From an uncultured Desulfatitalea sp. (GTDB taxonomy: Bacteria; Desulfobacterota; Desulfobacteria; Desulfobacterales; Desulfosarcinaceae), in contig CAXXMB010000002.1 in assembly GCA_963668675.2 (NCBI GenBank), positions 1,408,001 through 1,472,000 on the forward strand: a stretch of 64,000 bases of DNA, in the 5' to 3' direction. The position numbers were made by a program, and so were the translations under genes. The notes beneath the pieces were generated by a model. That model was not told the DNA's origin. It saw only the letters and a list, made by a program, of their open reading frames with translations, and ran no database searches. Positions 31,207-41,543 of this stretch are shown piece after piece. The first letter of the stretch is position 1. The number at the start of each line of letters is the position of its first letter.

Positions 31207-31823
31207 ATGCCCAATATGTGGACCGCCTCAGTCGCACCGACCGGGATGTCATTCTAACCCTGGTGCCCGAAGGCGTCTCGGTACTCGATTTGGGGTGCGG
31301 TGACTGCGGTCTGCTCAACGAGCTGGTAACCAAGCGTAAGATTCACGGTACGGGTGTCGATATCAGCGGAGATCAATTGATCGATGGTCTGGCCTATGGA
31401 CTCAACGTCTACCATGGCGACCTGGATGAAGGCTTGGCCGATTTTCCGGACGACGCCTATGACTACGTCATCCTCAACCAGACACTGCAGGTGGTCAAGC
31501 GACCCCTGCTGGTCTTCGACGAAATGTTGCGCATCGGCCGTTACGGCATTGTGGGATTTCCCAACTTTGCCCATTGGCAATTGCGCCGCGGACTCTTCTT
31601 CGGCGGTCGCGCCCCCAAGTCGGCAGCCCTGCCATTCGAGTGGTATGACACCCCGAACATTCGGGTGCTCTCCATCCGGGATTTCTTCGACTACTGCCGG
31701 ACGCAACAGATCCGAATCGTACAGGAGCGTTATCTGATTGCCGGAAAATGGATGCGCCGCATGCCGGTTGCCATCACCAACGCGTTGGCCCATGTCGGCC
31801 TCTTCGTTATCTCGCGGCGGTAG
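31203..31823 (+). CDS. metW: Methionine biosynthesis protein MetW
   Basis: VLDLGCGD, YVILNQTLQ, FPNFAHW, WYDTPNI; overlaps metX stop. Confidence 0.92.
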   Translation: MNAQYVDRLSRTDRDVILTLVPEGVSVLDLGCGDCGLLNELVTKRKIHGTGVDISGDQLIDGLAYGLNVYHGDLDEGLADFPDDAYDYVILNQTLQVVKRPLLVFDEMLRIGRYGIVGFPNFAHWQLRRGLFFGGRAPKSAALPFEWYDTPNIRVLSIRDFFDYCRTQQIRIVQERYLIAGKWMRRMPVAITNALAHVGLFVISRR

Positions 31824-31855
31824 CCGGCACTATTACCAGCGGATATTACAATGCA

Positions 31856-32632
31856 TCACGCGCCGCTGCTCACTTTTTCAATGAACGCCAGCATGCGCGC
31901 CAGCACCGCCTCGGGTTGATCGAGATGCGGTGTATGGCTGCAGCCTTCAATCAATGCGGCTGTCGCATCTCCCCCCGACTGAGAAACAATGGCGTCCACA
32001 TGGCCTTCGGTGGCGTACTGGTCATCCTTGCCCTGCAAAACCAGCAGCGGCGCCTCAATGGCCGGCAGCGCATATTCGATGTTCCAATCCAAAAACCAAT
32101 CACTGAGCCAAGTGTCGGCCCATGCCCGAAAGACGACGTCGGTCTTCTCCCCATGGTACTTGGCAAGCCCTGCCAGCTTTCCCTGGTCGAACGCATCCAC
32201 GGTGGCGCGAATACCGTCAAGGGTGATGGGCTCCACAAAGACGTGGGCCGCCTCTGTGATAATGCCTCGCAGATATCGCGGTCGCTCGGCACCATACAGC
32301 AACGCGATGCTGCCGCCATCAGAGTGGCCGATCATTATGAAGGCCCTTTCCGGAATCAGTTTGGAGGTCAATTGCGGCAATTCATCAAGGGCGTAGTCGT
32401 GCAGGTAGTGGATGGTGCGTGGCGCCTTCAGACCGGAAGAGCGGCCATAGCCCATCCGATCGTAGACCAATCCGGCACACCCCGAAAGAAGACAAAGCCG
32501 TGTTGGAAAATCACGCCACATCGCCGTACACCCCAACCCTTCATGCAAAAACACCAGGCATGGTGATCGCGGGTCTCCGTCGATCCGCTCATAGTAGATG
32601 TGCTGATCTTGGCTCAGAACAACCTGTGCCAA
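31856..32632 (-). CDS. Alpha/beta hydrolase
   Basis: LHEGLG, GHSDGG, DDQY, HTPH. Confidence 0.88.
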   Translation of the reverse strand: MAQVVLSQDQHIYYERIDGDPRSPCLVFLHEGLGCTAMWRDFPTRLCLLSGCAGLVYDRMGYGRSSGLKAPRTIHYLHDYALDELPQLTSKLIPERAFIMIGHSDGGSIALLYGAERPRYLRGIITEAAHVFVEPITLDGIRATVDAFDQGKLAGLAKYHGEKTDVVFRAWADTWLSDWFLDWNIEYALPAIEAPLLVLQGKDDQYATEGHVDAIVSQSGGDATAALIEGCSHTPHLDQPEAVLARMLAFIEKVSSGA

Positions 32633-32724
32633 AAGCCCTCCCGTCTATCGTCTCATCTCCTGTCCGCCAACGAGAACCCTATACCCGATGAGTGATCCAG
32701 ACCTACGCCATATTTGAAAAATAG

Positions 32725-33291
32725 ATGCAGAGGGTATATGTCCTCTCCATGGATACCCCTCTTCCGTTCATTCCATGGAACACCTCTTCCCTGTGGCGCG
32801 AGGCCAATGCCGCCATCGGGCACCTCGTGCGGCACCATCGTCAGGCCGTGGAGGAGTCCCGTATGGCGGCCGAGCAGATCCGGAGTCGACTCGCATCGAT
32901 CTTTCCGATCATGGATCGCCTCTGCGGGGCCACCTGCCCCGACTGCAGCGACATCTGCTGTCAACACGCCTGTGTCTGGATCGATTTCAGGGATCTGCTC
33001 TTTCTCCACCTGACGGCCATCCCGGCGCCTGGCCAGCAGTTGCTTGCCCAACAGGGCGAGCGCTGCCGCTACAGCACACCGGAAGGATGCCGACTGGAAC
33101 GCGAACAGCGCCCCTATGTCTGCACCTGGTACCTCTGCCCGGCACAGACAGAACTGCTTCGGCAACAGCCGGCAACGATGCAAAAGGTGACCTCATCTCT
33201 GCAACAGATCAAACGCCTGCGGCGGCTGATGGAGCAGTCGTTTATCCGCGCAGGTTATCCTGCAACCGATCTCATAGATCCAATTTCATAA
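32725..33291 (+). CDS. Cys-cluster (YkgJ/CxxCxxxCC-like) protein
   Basis: CPDCSDICC, CRY..GCRL..RPYVCTWYLC. Confidence 0.7.
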   Translation: MQRVYVLSMDTPLPFIPWNTSSLWREANAAIGHLVRHHRQAVEESRMAAEQIRSRLASIFPIMDRLCGATCPDCSDICCQHACVWIDFRDLLFLHLTAIPAPGQQLLAQQGERCRYSTPEGCRLEREQRPYVCTWYLCPAQTELLRQQPATMQKVTSSLQQIKRLRRLMEQSFIRAGYPATDLIDPIS

Positions 33292-33760
33292 AGGTGACCA
33301 GAAAAGGCAAGTGGTCGAACTGCTTTGTTCGGCGCTCAACGAATCCGATTCTCCGATACCACGCCTGCAACTCCTTATCTTGAGCCATCATTCCGAGTCC
33401 CAACGCTCTGGCGCCAAGCGCTCTGGCCTGGTCAATCACATGGTCACAAAGGGCCTTTCCATAACCCTTGCCCCTGTCTTCCGGCAATACACTGAGCCGC
33501 TCCAGATAGCAAAAGTCCGGATTGGCCCTTTCAAGGGCCACACACCCCACCGCCGCTTGATTGCTTTCCATCACATAGTAGGTGACGCCCCGGCTGAAAT
33601 CCTTCTGGATCCACTCATCGGTACAATTCGATGGATGCTTCGGGCAATTCTCGTGTGTCAAACCGAATCTCCGGGCCACATCCCGAAAGGATCGTCGGAC
33701 AATCGTTGCCAGCAATTGGGCATCGGTGCATTCCGTGATTCTGATGTTATCTACCCTCAT
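33272..33760 (-). CDS. GNAT-family acetyltransferase
   Basis: LERLSVLPEDRGKGYG, WYRRIGF. Confidence 0.88.
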   Translation of the reverse strand: MRVDNIRITECTDAQLLATIVRRSFRDVARRFGLTHENCPKHPSNCTDEWIQKDFSRGVTYYVMESNQAAVGCVALERANPDFCYLERLSVLPEDRGKGYGKALCDHVIDQARALGARALGLGMMAQDKELQAWYRRIGFVERRTKQFDHLPFLVTFMKLDL

Positions 33761-33793
33761 CTCAATCTGCCCTCACTCTATTGGTTGCGTTGC

Positions 33794-33946
33794 TCAACAC
33801 CCTCGCAACTCGTTTGGGTCAGATCTGATTCCAGCAAAAAAATCGAGCACGGCAGCATTAAACGCTGCTGGCTGTTCGATAAACATGCCGTGGGATGCGT
33901 TTGAGATGGTAATCTTTCTCTGCTGTTCCAGGTACGCCTGGAGGCG
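33794..33946 (-). pseudogene. C-terminal remnant of an alpha/beta hydrolase
   Basis: Minus frame reads KITISNASHGMFIEQPAAFNAAVLDFF, bounded by stops; N-terminal part absent. Confidence 0.6.
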
Positions 33947-34087
33947 TCATGCACAATCTCTTTCCATCGCTTATCAATCCACGGATTTATCCACGACCAT
34001 CATCCGAACCATGATGCGCATCCTATAGCGGCACCTAATCTCTGGACGCGCCGGAGCATCACCCACAAAATTAGGATGCGATCAAAT

Positions 34088-34897
34088 TTACTTCTTCTCA
34101 ATAGTACCGCCGGCCCGCTCCATGGCCGCCTTTTCAAACCCTGTCTGGAATCCCGGGGAGTAGTTCATATACTGCGGTATAGGGTACCTCAAACCGGCTC
34201 GATGCGTTCTCTCCAGCCCTTCCATCAGCATTTCAAGTTTTTCTCGCGGACAGGAGAACATGACCTCATGGTCCTGGGCGCCTCCCCAGATACGATCTCC
34301 ATTGCCCAACGTGACATACTGAGGTTCTTTGTTTTTTATGGTTTTGGTCACCCCCTCATGGCAGGAGCCCACTCTTCCCGCTGCACTAAACGCCAACGCA
34401 CCCCCCTCCATAAAGAGATACCCCTGGACAAACCGCATGGCCTGCGCTGGCAGGCAGTAGATCATAACAGTGTCCGGAACCACCTTTGTCCGTGACAATG
34501 GGGAGATAATCAACCCTAAAATATCGTCCTCCAGTGAATGCAGGTGCTGCTCGAACTTGCCTGCAACAGCAGTGTCCTTTGCATAGAGACCGACGCTGAA
34601 TGCATCCGCCCACTCTTTATCCTCCTGCGTAAGTGTATCCCAACCGTAGACCGCACGCGCAGGTTTGCAGTTGATATCCGCCTCGGTGACAGCAATGGTC
34701 CACCCGTATGTACGCGACATTTTGAAGTTCTGGCAGACAAAATTCTGCAGCGCCATATCCCGGGAAGGTCTTTTATACTCAGGTTCGATTTCGCTCTCGG
34801 ATCGGACGATTTTTACAGCCAATGGAAACGTTGCAGGGCGGATCAATGCCTCAATCCGCTCACCATATGTTCTGTACCGTTCCAGTTCTGATGCCAT
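34088..34897 (-). CDS. DUF169-family protein
   Basis: AGGAGG RBS; FPLAVK, FVCQ, INCKPA, SPL..PDTV, SCHEG, GNGDR. Confidence 0.8.
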   Translation of the reverse strand: MASELERYRTYGERIEALIRPATFPLAVKIVRSESEIEPEYKRPSRDMALQNFVCQNFKMSRTYGWTIAVTEADINCKPARAVYGWDTLTQEDKEWADAFSVGLYAKDTAVAGKFEQHLHSLEDDILGLIISPLSRTKVVPDTVMIYCLPAQAMRFVQGYLFMEGGALAFSAAGRVGSCHEGVTKTIKNKEPQYVTLGNGDRIWGGAQDHEVMFSCPREKLEMLMEGLERTHRAGLRYPIPQYMNYSPGFQTGFEKAAMERAGGTIEKK

Positions 34898-35211
34898 ATA
34901 CACCTCCTGAAATAGATCATGAAAATAGGGCAAACCGGCAATCCGCTGATTGAACCGCTGCTCAGGGAAACATACGCATCAACACAATATTTTTAGGACT
35001 AATGAAACCCTTTTAAAAAAACAAGGGAATTTACGGATGGGAAAAGCCGAATAGAAGCAGCAGCCATCGCAATCAACGCCACGAAATGCTACGAAGCATA
35101 CGTATAAATCGGAAATGGCGCCATAAAACCATACATGGCGATTACCCGGGGTAACGTACCGGTCGGAGGTGACAACCATGGAATGGCCTTGCCGAGTGCC
35201 TAAAGCAAACC

Positions 35212-35604
35212 CTACTTTACAGACAATACCGGACAGGGGGCATCAAGGATCACTTGGCGGGAGGTTGACCCGAAGAGCAATTTACCCAGTTGGGAGCGGC
35301 GGCGCAGACCGATAACGATTTCGTCGATCTCGTTCTCCTTGGCGTAGCGCAGCAGATCTTCAGCCACAGACATCTGCTGCTGCTGGGACATCTCGATCTT
35401 GCATTTGATATCACACGCCTGGCACAACATTTCGCTGTCTTTCAATCCAGATTCAAGACGGGTATTTTTGGGGCTGTCGATTTTGCCGTTGGCAGCAGCC
35501 GTAAAAATGTGAAGTTCAGCTTTGAGCGTTTTGGCACGTCTTTGGGCAACGGTCAGTGCACGTTGCGCCATCTCCGAACCATCATATCCAACCAGGATCT
35601 TCAT
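35212..35604 (-). CDS. Universal stress protein
   Basis: MKILVGYDGS, LLFGSTS..ILDAPCPVLSVK. Confidence 0.9.
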   Translation of the reverse strand: MKILVGYDGSEMAQRALTVAQRRAKTLKAELHIFTAAANGKIDSPKNTRLESGLKDSEMLCQACDIKCKIEMSQQQQMSVAEDLLRYAKENEIDEIVIGLRRRSQLGKLLFGSTSRQVILDAPCPVLSVK

Positions 35605-35874
35605 TCTCTTTGAACACTCCTCTAAAACTGATGCGTTTGGATCTACCGAGTGGCACAAAAGCAGAAAAATGTCAAAAAACGCGCTAAAAGTCAATCAAAG
35701 ATAACAATTCGAGCAATCAACCCTCCCGGTAGCCCGGCCGCCCGGACACAAATGATCTGGTGGCTTCCTCCCCCCGAACACATTACCAGAGACTGGCCGC
35801 ATGAATCCCTTTTCCAATAGGGCACTTTAAGCCGTCTGTTGTCAGAAAGAACCAAAAGGGCTACATTCGAGGCG

Positions 35875-36897
35875 ATGAACCTGCTCTGCCTCACATACGA
35901 CCAGCTCGAGGAGCAATTTCGGCTGCGGTACGGTCGTGGCGCCTACCACGCCGCGGCCCTCTATCGCGCCTTCTACACCACCAGGAGTCTGGATCTTTCA
36001 CAGATCCCCGAATTTGAACAATCCAACGCCCTGGCAGAGGAGGTCGGACGCGATCTCGATGCCCCTCTGCCCGAACTGACCCGCCAAATCGAAGCGGACG
36101 GCGTCACCAAACTGCAATTGCGCCTGAGCGACGGTCTGGCCGTTGAGACGGTGCTCATCCCCATGCCACATCACGCCACGGTGTGTGTCTCATGCCAGGT
36201 CGGATGCCGCATGGGATGCCGTTTTTGCGAAACCGGGCAGATGGGGCTGCTGCGCCAGTTGACGACCGATGAAATCGTGGCCCAGGTGTATATGGCCAGG
36301 ATCCGGCTGGGCGTGGCGGTCCGCAATGTGGTCTTCATGGGGATGGGAGAGCCCCTGGATAACTTCAATGCGGTCGTTCAGGCCATACGCGTCCTCGAAG
36401 ATCAACGCGGCCTCAATATCGCAAAGCGACGTATTACCGTATCGACAGTGGGCCTGGTGCCGGGCATTGAGCGGCTCTCCGAACTGAACTGGCCACAGCT
36501 CAAGCTGGCCGTCAGCCTCAATGCGACCGCTAACGACCAACGCAGCGCACTGATGCCCGTCAATCAGCGCTTTGACCTGCAGGAACTGCGAACCGCCCTG
36601 GAGCGCTACCCCCTGGCCCGGGGCAATGTGCTGCTGGTCGAGTATGTCCTGATCAAAAACGTCAATGACACGCCTGAAGATGCCCGCCGGTTGGCAGGCT
36701 ACGTGGCGGGGCTGCCGGTCCGCATCAATCTGATCCCCTATAATCCCAGGCAGGCATCGCCATTCGAGGCCCCCACCCAAGGGGAGGTGCACCGCTTTCA
36801 CCAGGCGTTGATCAAGGTGGGCCTCTTTGTGCGCCTGCGACGATCCAAAGGCGCCGGTATTCAAGCAGCCTGCGGTCAGTTGGGAGGAAATCTATAA
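35875..36897 (+). CDS. rlmN: RlmN/Cfr-family radical SAM RNA methyltransferase
   Basis: CVSCQVGCRMGCRFC, FMGMGEP, AACGQL; may be a paralog. Confidence 0.8.
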   Translation: MNLLCLTYDQLEEQFRLRYGRGAYHAAALYRAFYTTRSLDLSQIPEFEQSNALAEEVGRDLDAPLPELTRQIEADGVTKLQLRLSDGLAVETVLIPMPHHATVCVSCQVGCRMGCRFCETGQMGLLRQLTTDEIVAQVYMARIRLGVAVRNVVFMGMGEPLDNFNAVVQAIRVLEDQRGLNIAKRRITVSTVGLVPGIERLSELNWPQLKLAVSLNATANDQRSALMPVNQRFDLQELRTALERYPLARGNVLLVEYVLIKNVNDTPEDARRLAGYVAGLPVRINLIPYNPRQASPFEAPTQGEVHRFHQALIKVGLFVRLRRSKGAGIQAACGQLGGNL

Positions 36898-37034
36898 AAT
36901 CACTACCCCCAGTCGTAACCCTGACCGTTCAGGGGCCGGAGGGCTTCAGAGATGCAGCGGCAAGCATAAGGCCGTAATGGATGACTGTGATCCCTTGCCA
37001 ACACAGGATCTTGCGTCCTCCAGTCTTCGAACCG

Positions 37035-37520
37035 TTAAGGTTTGGGGCTTGTCAGGGGGTGGGAGCGTTTGCCGGTGAGCTCGTCGATGTGGATGCGCCA
37101 CACCCGCATGCCGCGCCCCGGCATCGCCGATGGCATCTGCCGATCCCGGGCATAGTGCTGCACCATCAGATCGAGTCCGCGGGTCTTCCCATCGAGTGTA
37201 GGCAACTCTTCGATTCGCCCCTGACCGACCACGCTCTCAAAGGCAAAACTCCATTTACATGGCTTCGACGGTGCCGCCAGAAGACGCAGATCGGTCTCCA
37301 TGGCAAAAGAGACCCGCGGGTTGCGGCGGATCATATCGATCTTCTTGCCTTCGAGGGCAGTGTGGATGTAAAGGTAGCGGCCATCATAGCCGAAGCAGAC
37401 CGGAACCACGTATGGGGTATTATCCACAGCCACTGCAAGGTGGCAGATCAGGCATCGTTCGATAACGGCATCGATTTCGGATCTCTCGGTAATCTCCTTC
37501 TCCTGACGCTGCATGGGCAT
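37035..37520 (-). CDS. Pyridoxamine 5'-phosphate oxidase-like (NimA-like) flavin-binding protein
   Basis: PYVVP..FGY..YIH..GKK..NPRVSF, FESVVG, TGK. Confidence 0.85.
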   Translation of the reverse strand: MPMQRQEKEITERSEIDAVIERCLICHLAVAVDNTPYVVPVCFGYDGRYLYIHTALEGKKIDMIRRNPRVSFAMETDLRLLAAPSKPCKWSFAFESVVGQGRIEELPTLDGKTRGLDLMVQHYARDRQMPSAMPGRGMRVWRIHIDELTGKRSHPLTSPKP

Positions 37521-37578
37521 GTTCTCTTTCCAGCTACATTATTACGTTTTCGGGCGGGCGTTCCATAACACAAACCGT

Positions 37579-38334
37579 TCAATTCTTCTCCCTGGAATCA
37601 TCTGCGATGGCGAGTTGCAACACCTGCTCAAGGGCCGCTGTCTTCTCCGGCGCCATCTCAAGGAAGACAAAGGTGACCCGCATGGCAGCGGGACTGTTGT
37701 CCGGATGCCACTCGGTAATATTCATCTGCAGCAGTTTACAGGGAAGATCGAAAACCGAATCCAGATCCGTACGTTCCGAAATGTGCAGCGACAACTGCAA
37801 GTCTCTCTGCATCAACAGATTCGGCTCAAATGTCACCATCTCGGCCAATACTCCCCCCCGGCTGATATTGATCATGATACCTTCGATACGCTGCCCCTCG
37901 GAGTAGACTGCCACTTCTGCCTGGGGGATATAAAAGCGCTTGTCTTTTCTCCAATTTCGCGGATTACAGACAAAATTGATCTTCTTGATCAGATCCGCCG
38001 GTCGCACGCGCATCATCACCACGTGCTCAAACCCCTGCCGCACCAACTCATTGATATCTGTTCCGTTATCATCTTCGGAGAGAATAATGCAGGGCGTATC
38101 TCCATTATGATCGGTTTCGGACATTTCAGCATTCAGATCGAATAGAGACATGTCCTTCACTTTGGTCGAGACAATTACTACATCAAAATTGTGAAGTGAA
38201 AGTTCGGCAAGCGCTTCCTGGGCACTTTCGGCTTCGTCGAAGGCGACATCGCTGAGTTCTGCATAGACAAATTTTTGAATCAGGCTGCGAATGGAGCGTG
38301 TGGGATGGACGAGCAGAATTTGTCGGATTCGCAT
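37579..38334 (-). CDS. Atypical receiver domain + PilZ domain protein
   Basis: Degenerate REC; RKDKR and NISRGG PilZ motifs. Confidence 0.8.
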   Translation of the reverse strand: MRIRQILLVHPTRSIRSLIQKFVYAELSDVAFDEAESAQEALAELSLHNFDVVIVSTKVKDMSLFDLNAEMSETDHNGDTPCIILSEDDNGTDINELVRQGFEHVVMMRVRPADLIKKINFVCNPRNWRKDKRFYIPQAEVAVYSEGQRIEGIMINISRGGVLAEMVTFEPNLLMQRDLQLSLHISERTDLDSVFDLPCKLLQMNITEWHPDNSPAAMRVTFVFLEMAPEKTAALEQVLQLAIADDSREKN

Positions 38335-38533
38335 TTGAAAAGGACTCCTTTATCAGATCGACCGAATCGACCGGTATCAATAGAGCTGTTTGATACGAAT
38401 CAGATGCAACTGTTTCTGATCATCAGTAAGATGCGCCGGCGAGAGGAGATGTAGAATCTATAGCACAGCCAATGTGCAAAAAGCAATCTTTGCACCGGCG
38501 ATGACACCATGCTGGCATGCGTTAAATTCGGGG

Positions 38534-39382
38534 CTACTCTCGACCGAGTTTAAACAGTTCCGCTGCATTGAGGCCGCACACCTTGTGCTTCTGCTCGTCA
38601 CTCAAACCGGCCAGGGCCATCTCGTCGAAATAGCGCTTGGGCGCAAGCAACGGGTAGTCGGTCCCGAACAAGACCTTCTCTTCGCCGGCCAGCTCCATGG
38701 CCAGTCTGTAGATATCGGATCGGTAGAGAAAGGGAGATGCAGCAGTGTCGAACCAGACATTGCCCAGGGTCTCGGCCACCTCTCTCTTCATCAGATTGTA
38801 CCAGAAGATGCCGCCACCCCAGTGGGCGAGTATCAGCCGCGTCGTGGCGTACTTCTTGACCAGGCCATAGATCTGGGCCAGCGTGTTGCTGGTTTTACCC
38901 GGATACTGATGCCCAACCGGCTCGTTGGTGTGAACCATGACGGGGCGGTCGTACTGCCGGGCCAGGGCCATGATAGCGTCCAAGCCATCGAGGGATTGGC
39001 ACTCCATATCGGAGCAGTAAAAGGCCAATTCGCCGACACCTGACAGTCCGGCGGCCAGGCATCGCTCGACCTCGCGTACCGCTTCGGGCTGTTCGGTATC
39101 CATGCAGCACAACCCGATCAACCGGTCGGGATAGCGCTGAACCGATTCGAGGATGTAATCATTGTGGCGCTTGAAGATATCCGCCGTTCGCCAGGGAAAA
39201 CCAAAGGTGACTGCCTTGTCTACACCGTGGGCATCCATGGCCGCCACCAACTCATCCGCACCGACCATTTTAGACTTGGGTGATGCGTAGAGCAATTCAA
39301 AAGCAGGCTCATTATCAAGAAAGCGCTCGCGCTGGCCGCGTATCTCATCGGGAAAAATATGTGTGTGTGCATCAATAATCAT
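38534..39382 (-). CDS. Amidohydrolase-2 family protein
   Basis: IDAHTH, GVGEL, VHT, LAHWGGG, FGTDYP. Confidence 0.88.
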   Translation of the reverse strand: MIIDAHTHIFPDEIRGQRERFLDNEPAFELLYASPKSKMVGADELVAAMDAHGVDKAVTFGFPWRTADIFKRHNDYILESVQRYPDRLIGLCCMDTEQPEAVREVERCLAAGLSGVGELAFYCSDMECQSLDGLDAIMALARQYDRPVMVHTNEPVGHQYPGKTSNTLAQIYGLVKKYATTRLILAHWGGGIFWYNLMKREVAETLGNVWFDTAASPFLYRSDIYRLAMELAGEEKVLFGTDYPLLAPKRYFDEMALAGLSDEQKHKVCGLNAAELFKLGRE

Positions 39383-39505
39383 AGCAAACATCCGTTTTTA
39401 ACTTCTAAATGAATTCATCAGGCGCTTGTATCATCCACATCGGACACCACGGGTTGATAGCATATCGTCCCCTGTTTGTCTCGTCCTTTGCCATCTTGAC
39501 CATGC

Positions 39506-40321
39506 TCAGATCCCCGGTGCGCCCGACCCCTTGCCCTGCTTCGCCCATGCAAAGATATGTTCTCCAAGCAAGCTGTTACAGATCACTGCTGTCTCGACGG
39601 TTTCGGTGTGGCGCACATTGGTCAGGGCCATATCCAGACCAGCAGCCGCCAGCATGGGTAGAAACGCCCGCTCCAGTTCAACCTTGCGCGCCGTCGGAAC
39701 AGGTCCGGAGGCCAGGTTGGATATACCGGCGATGGTTCGGACGGGAACGCCAAGCAGATCGGCCAAACTGCCGATCACCTTGAGCACCGCCCGGTTGTGG
39801 CGGGCCCCATCTTGCCAAGAGAGCGGAGCCACGACCGGATCGATGATCAGACGGTTAGGATCCAGCCCGGCTTTTGTGTAGGCCCCAAAGAGTGCCACGG
39901 CCAGCTCCATCATCTCCGTCTCATCGATGGGTACCTGGCTGTTGGGGTGCAGCAGATAACCGATGATTTCGGCATCATAATCCCGGGCCAGGGGAAGCAT
40001 CCGTTCGAGCTTGGATGGCTCCAGGGAGAATCCATTGATAATGGTCCGGCCCCGGCAGGCGTTAAGGCCGGCCGCCATGGCCGCCGTATTGACTGTATCG
40101 AGCAACAGGGGCAGATCGGTCAGGGTCTGAACCGTCTCGACCAGAAACGCCATGCGCTCTTCAGGTTGCCTGGGCAATGGGCCGGGGTTGATATCCAGGG
40201 CTTGGGCACCCAATCGCAGGCACTCCCGGACCATTGCCCGCACTGGTACGGGATCCAGTTTCTCCAGCGCCCTGGCAAATGCGGGCTGCATGACATGCAG
40301 GTTGTCAGCGACGATCATCAC
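39506..40321 (-). CDS. Pterin-binding protein, AcsE/MetH-folate-domain-like methyltransferase
   Basis: LDINPG, LLLDT, IINGFS, IIDPVV, GISNL. Confidence 0.8.
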   Translation of the reverse strand: MMIVADNLHVMQPAFARALEKLDPVPVRAMVRECLRLGAQALDINPGPLPRQPEERMAFLVETVQTLTDLPLLLDTVNTAAMAAGLNACRGRTIINGFSLEPSKLERMLPLARDYDAEIIGYLLHPNSQVPIDETEMMELAVALFGAYTKAGLDPNRLIIDPVVAPLSWQDGARHNRAVLKVIGSLADLLGVPVRTIAGISNLASGPVPTARKVELERAFLPMLAAAGLDMALTNVRHTETVETAVICNSLLGEHIFAWAKQGKGSGAPGI

Positions 40322-40572
40322 GATTGAAAAAACACCTCATAGTTGAAAGAAAAATCACACTTATGCGTAGATGGCCCAAGACCGATAACACCACACACAC
40401 CCGGTGTAAGGTGCCTGGCGCCCTATCCTCGTGCCATGGGATATACAAGCTGAAAGGCAAAATATCAAACCATCTGCCGCCGGCCGCAAAATACCGGCAG
40501 CAGCGGATGGGTCATGGCATTGGCAATTGGGTCCACTTTGTTATATAGGACGACACGAGGCGTCGATCCCCA

Positions 40573-40587
40573 GCAAGTGCCTTGCCA
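40573..40587 (-). promoter_or_regulatory. sigma54 promoter facing the AcsE-like gene
   Basis: TGGCAAGGCACTTGC(T), near-consensus -24/-12. Confidence 0.6.
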
Positions 40588-40747
40588 CGGTTAAACAAAA
40601 CATTATGTTCTACAAAACAAATACGTGGTGTTCATCAAGAAGCGGTCTTGGCGGATAGCGTCAGAGATGGACAGTGACCGATACGAACCAAAACCATTCG
40701 GCAAGCCGCGTATTGACGGACATCAAAATTAGAGAAAGGAAAAAATT

Positions 40748-41254
40748 GTGGTAAAACTCGAAACCAGCATGGGTGATATCTATTTGGAACTCGACGAGGA
40801 GAAGGCCCCCAATAGCGCGGCCAATTTCCTCTCATATGTGAACAGCGGCCACTACGACGGCACCATCTTCCATCGCGTGATCGACGGATTCATGATCCAG
40901 GGTGGCGGCATGACCGCCGACATGTCGGAAAAACAGACCGGGGAGCCCATCGAGAACGAGGCCGACAACGGACTGACCAATGACCCCTACACCGTGGCCA
41001 TGGCACGCACCATGGACCCCCACAGCGCCACGGCCCAGTTCTTTATCAATGTGAAAAAGAACGATTTCCTCAACCACACCGCCAAGAACGAGCGCGGATG
41101 GGGTTACGCCGTCTTCGGCAAAGTGGTCAAGGGGCACGGCGTGGTCAACAAAATCAAAACCGTGCCCACCGGCCGTGCCGGCATGCACGACGATGTGCCC
41201 AAAGAGCCCGTCGAGATCGTCAAGGCCGAAGTGGTGGACGCCCTGCCCGAATAG
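40748..41254 (+). CDS. ppiB: Cyclophilin-type peptidyl-prolyl isomerase
   Basis: [37 protein letters not shown]. Confidence 0.92.
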   Translation: MVKLETSMGDIYLELDEEKAPNSAANFLSYVNSGHYDGTIFHRVIDGFMIQGGGMTADMSEKQTGEPIENEADNGLTNDPYTVAMARTMDPHSATAQFFINVKKNDFLNHTAKNERGWGYAVFGKVVKGHGVVNKIKTVPTGRAGMHDDVPKEPVEIVKAEVVDALPE

Positions 41255-41280
41255 CGCAACAACTGACTGCGAGTAAAAAG

Positions 41281-41314
41281 AAAAAGGCCGGCAACACCAA
41301 CTGCCGGCCTTTTC
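41281..41314. terminator. Intrinsic terminator after ppiB
   Basis: AAAAGGCCGGCA...TGCCGGCCTTTT. Confidence 0.8.
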
Positions 41315-41543
41315 ATTCCATACCCTACCCAGTTTTCGGTTGACCAGATGCAGCGGACCGCCCGGAGCTGCGTCTAAGCGACAGTAAAACCATGGAGCGT
41401 CGCATTGGATACCCTCACTGCCCTCCTCACCGGCCCCTCTCCTCCTTTTATCTTGAGCCATCCCCATAAAATGGGGTAAGCAGAGATTATAGCTCAGGTT
41501 TTCAAACCCGTATCAATTCGCGCAAAATTTTCAGGGAGCCAAT

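Noticed and set aside
40440..40510. c-di-GMP-I riboswitch (GAAA loop and GGCCGCAAA present)
   Set aside because: The required GCAAA-stem-GNRA-stem-CGCAAA order and pairing are not met
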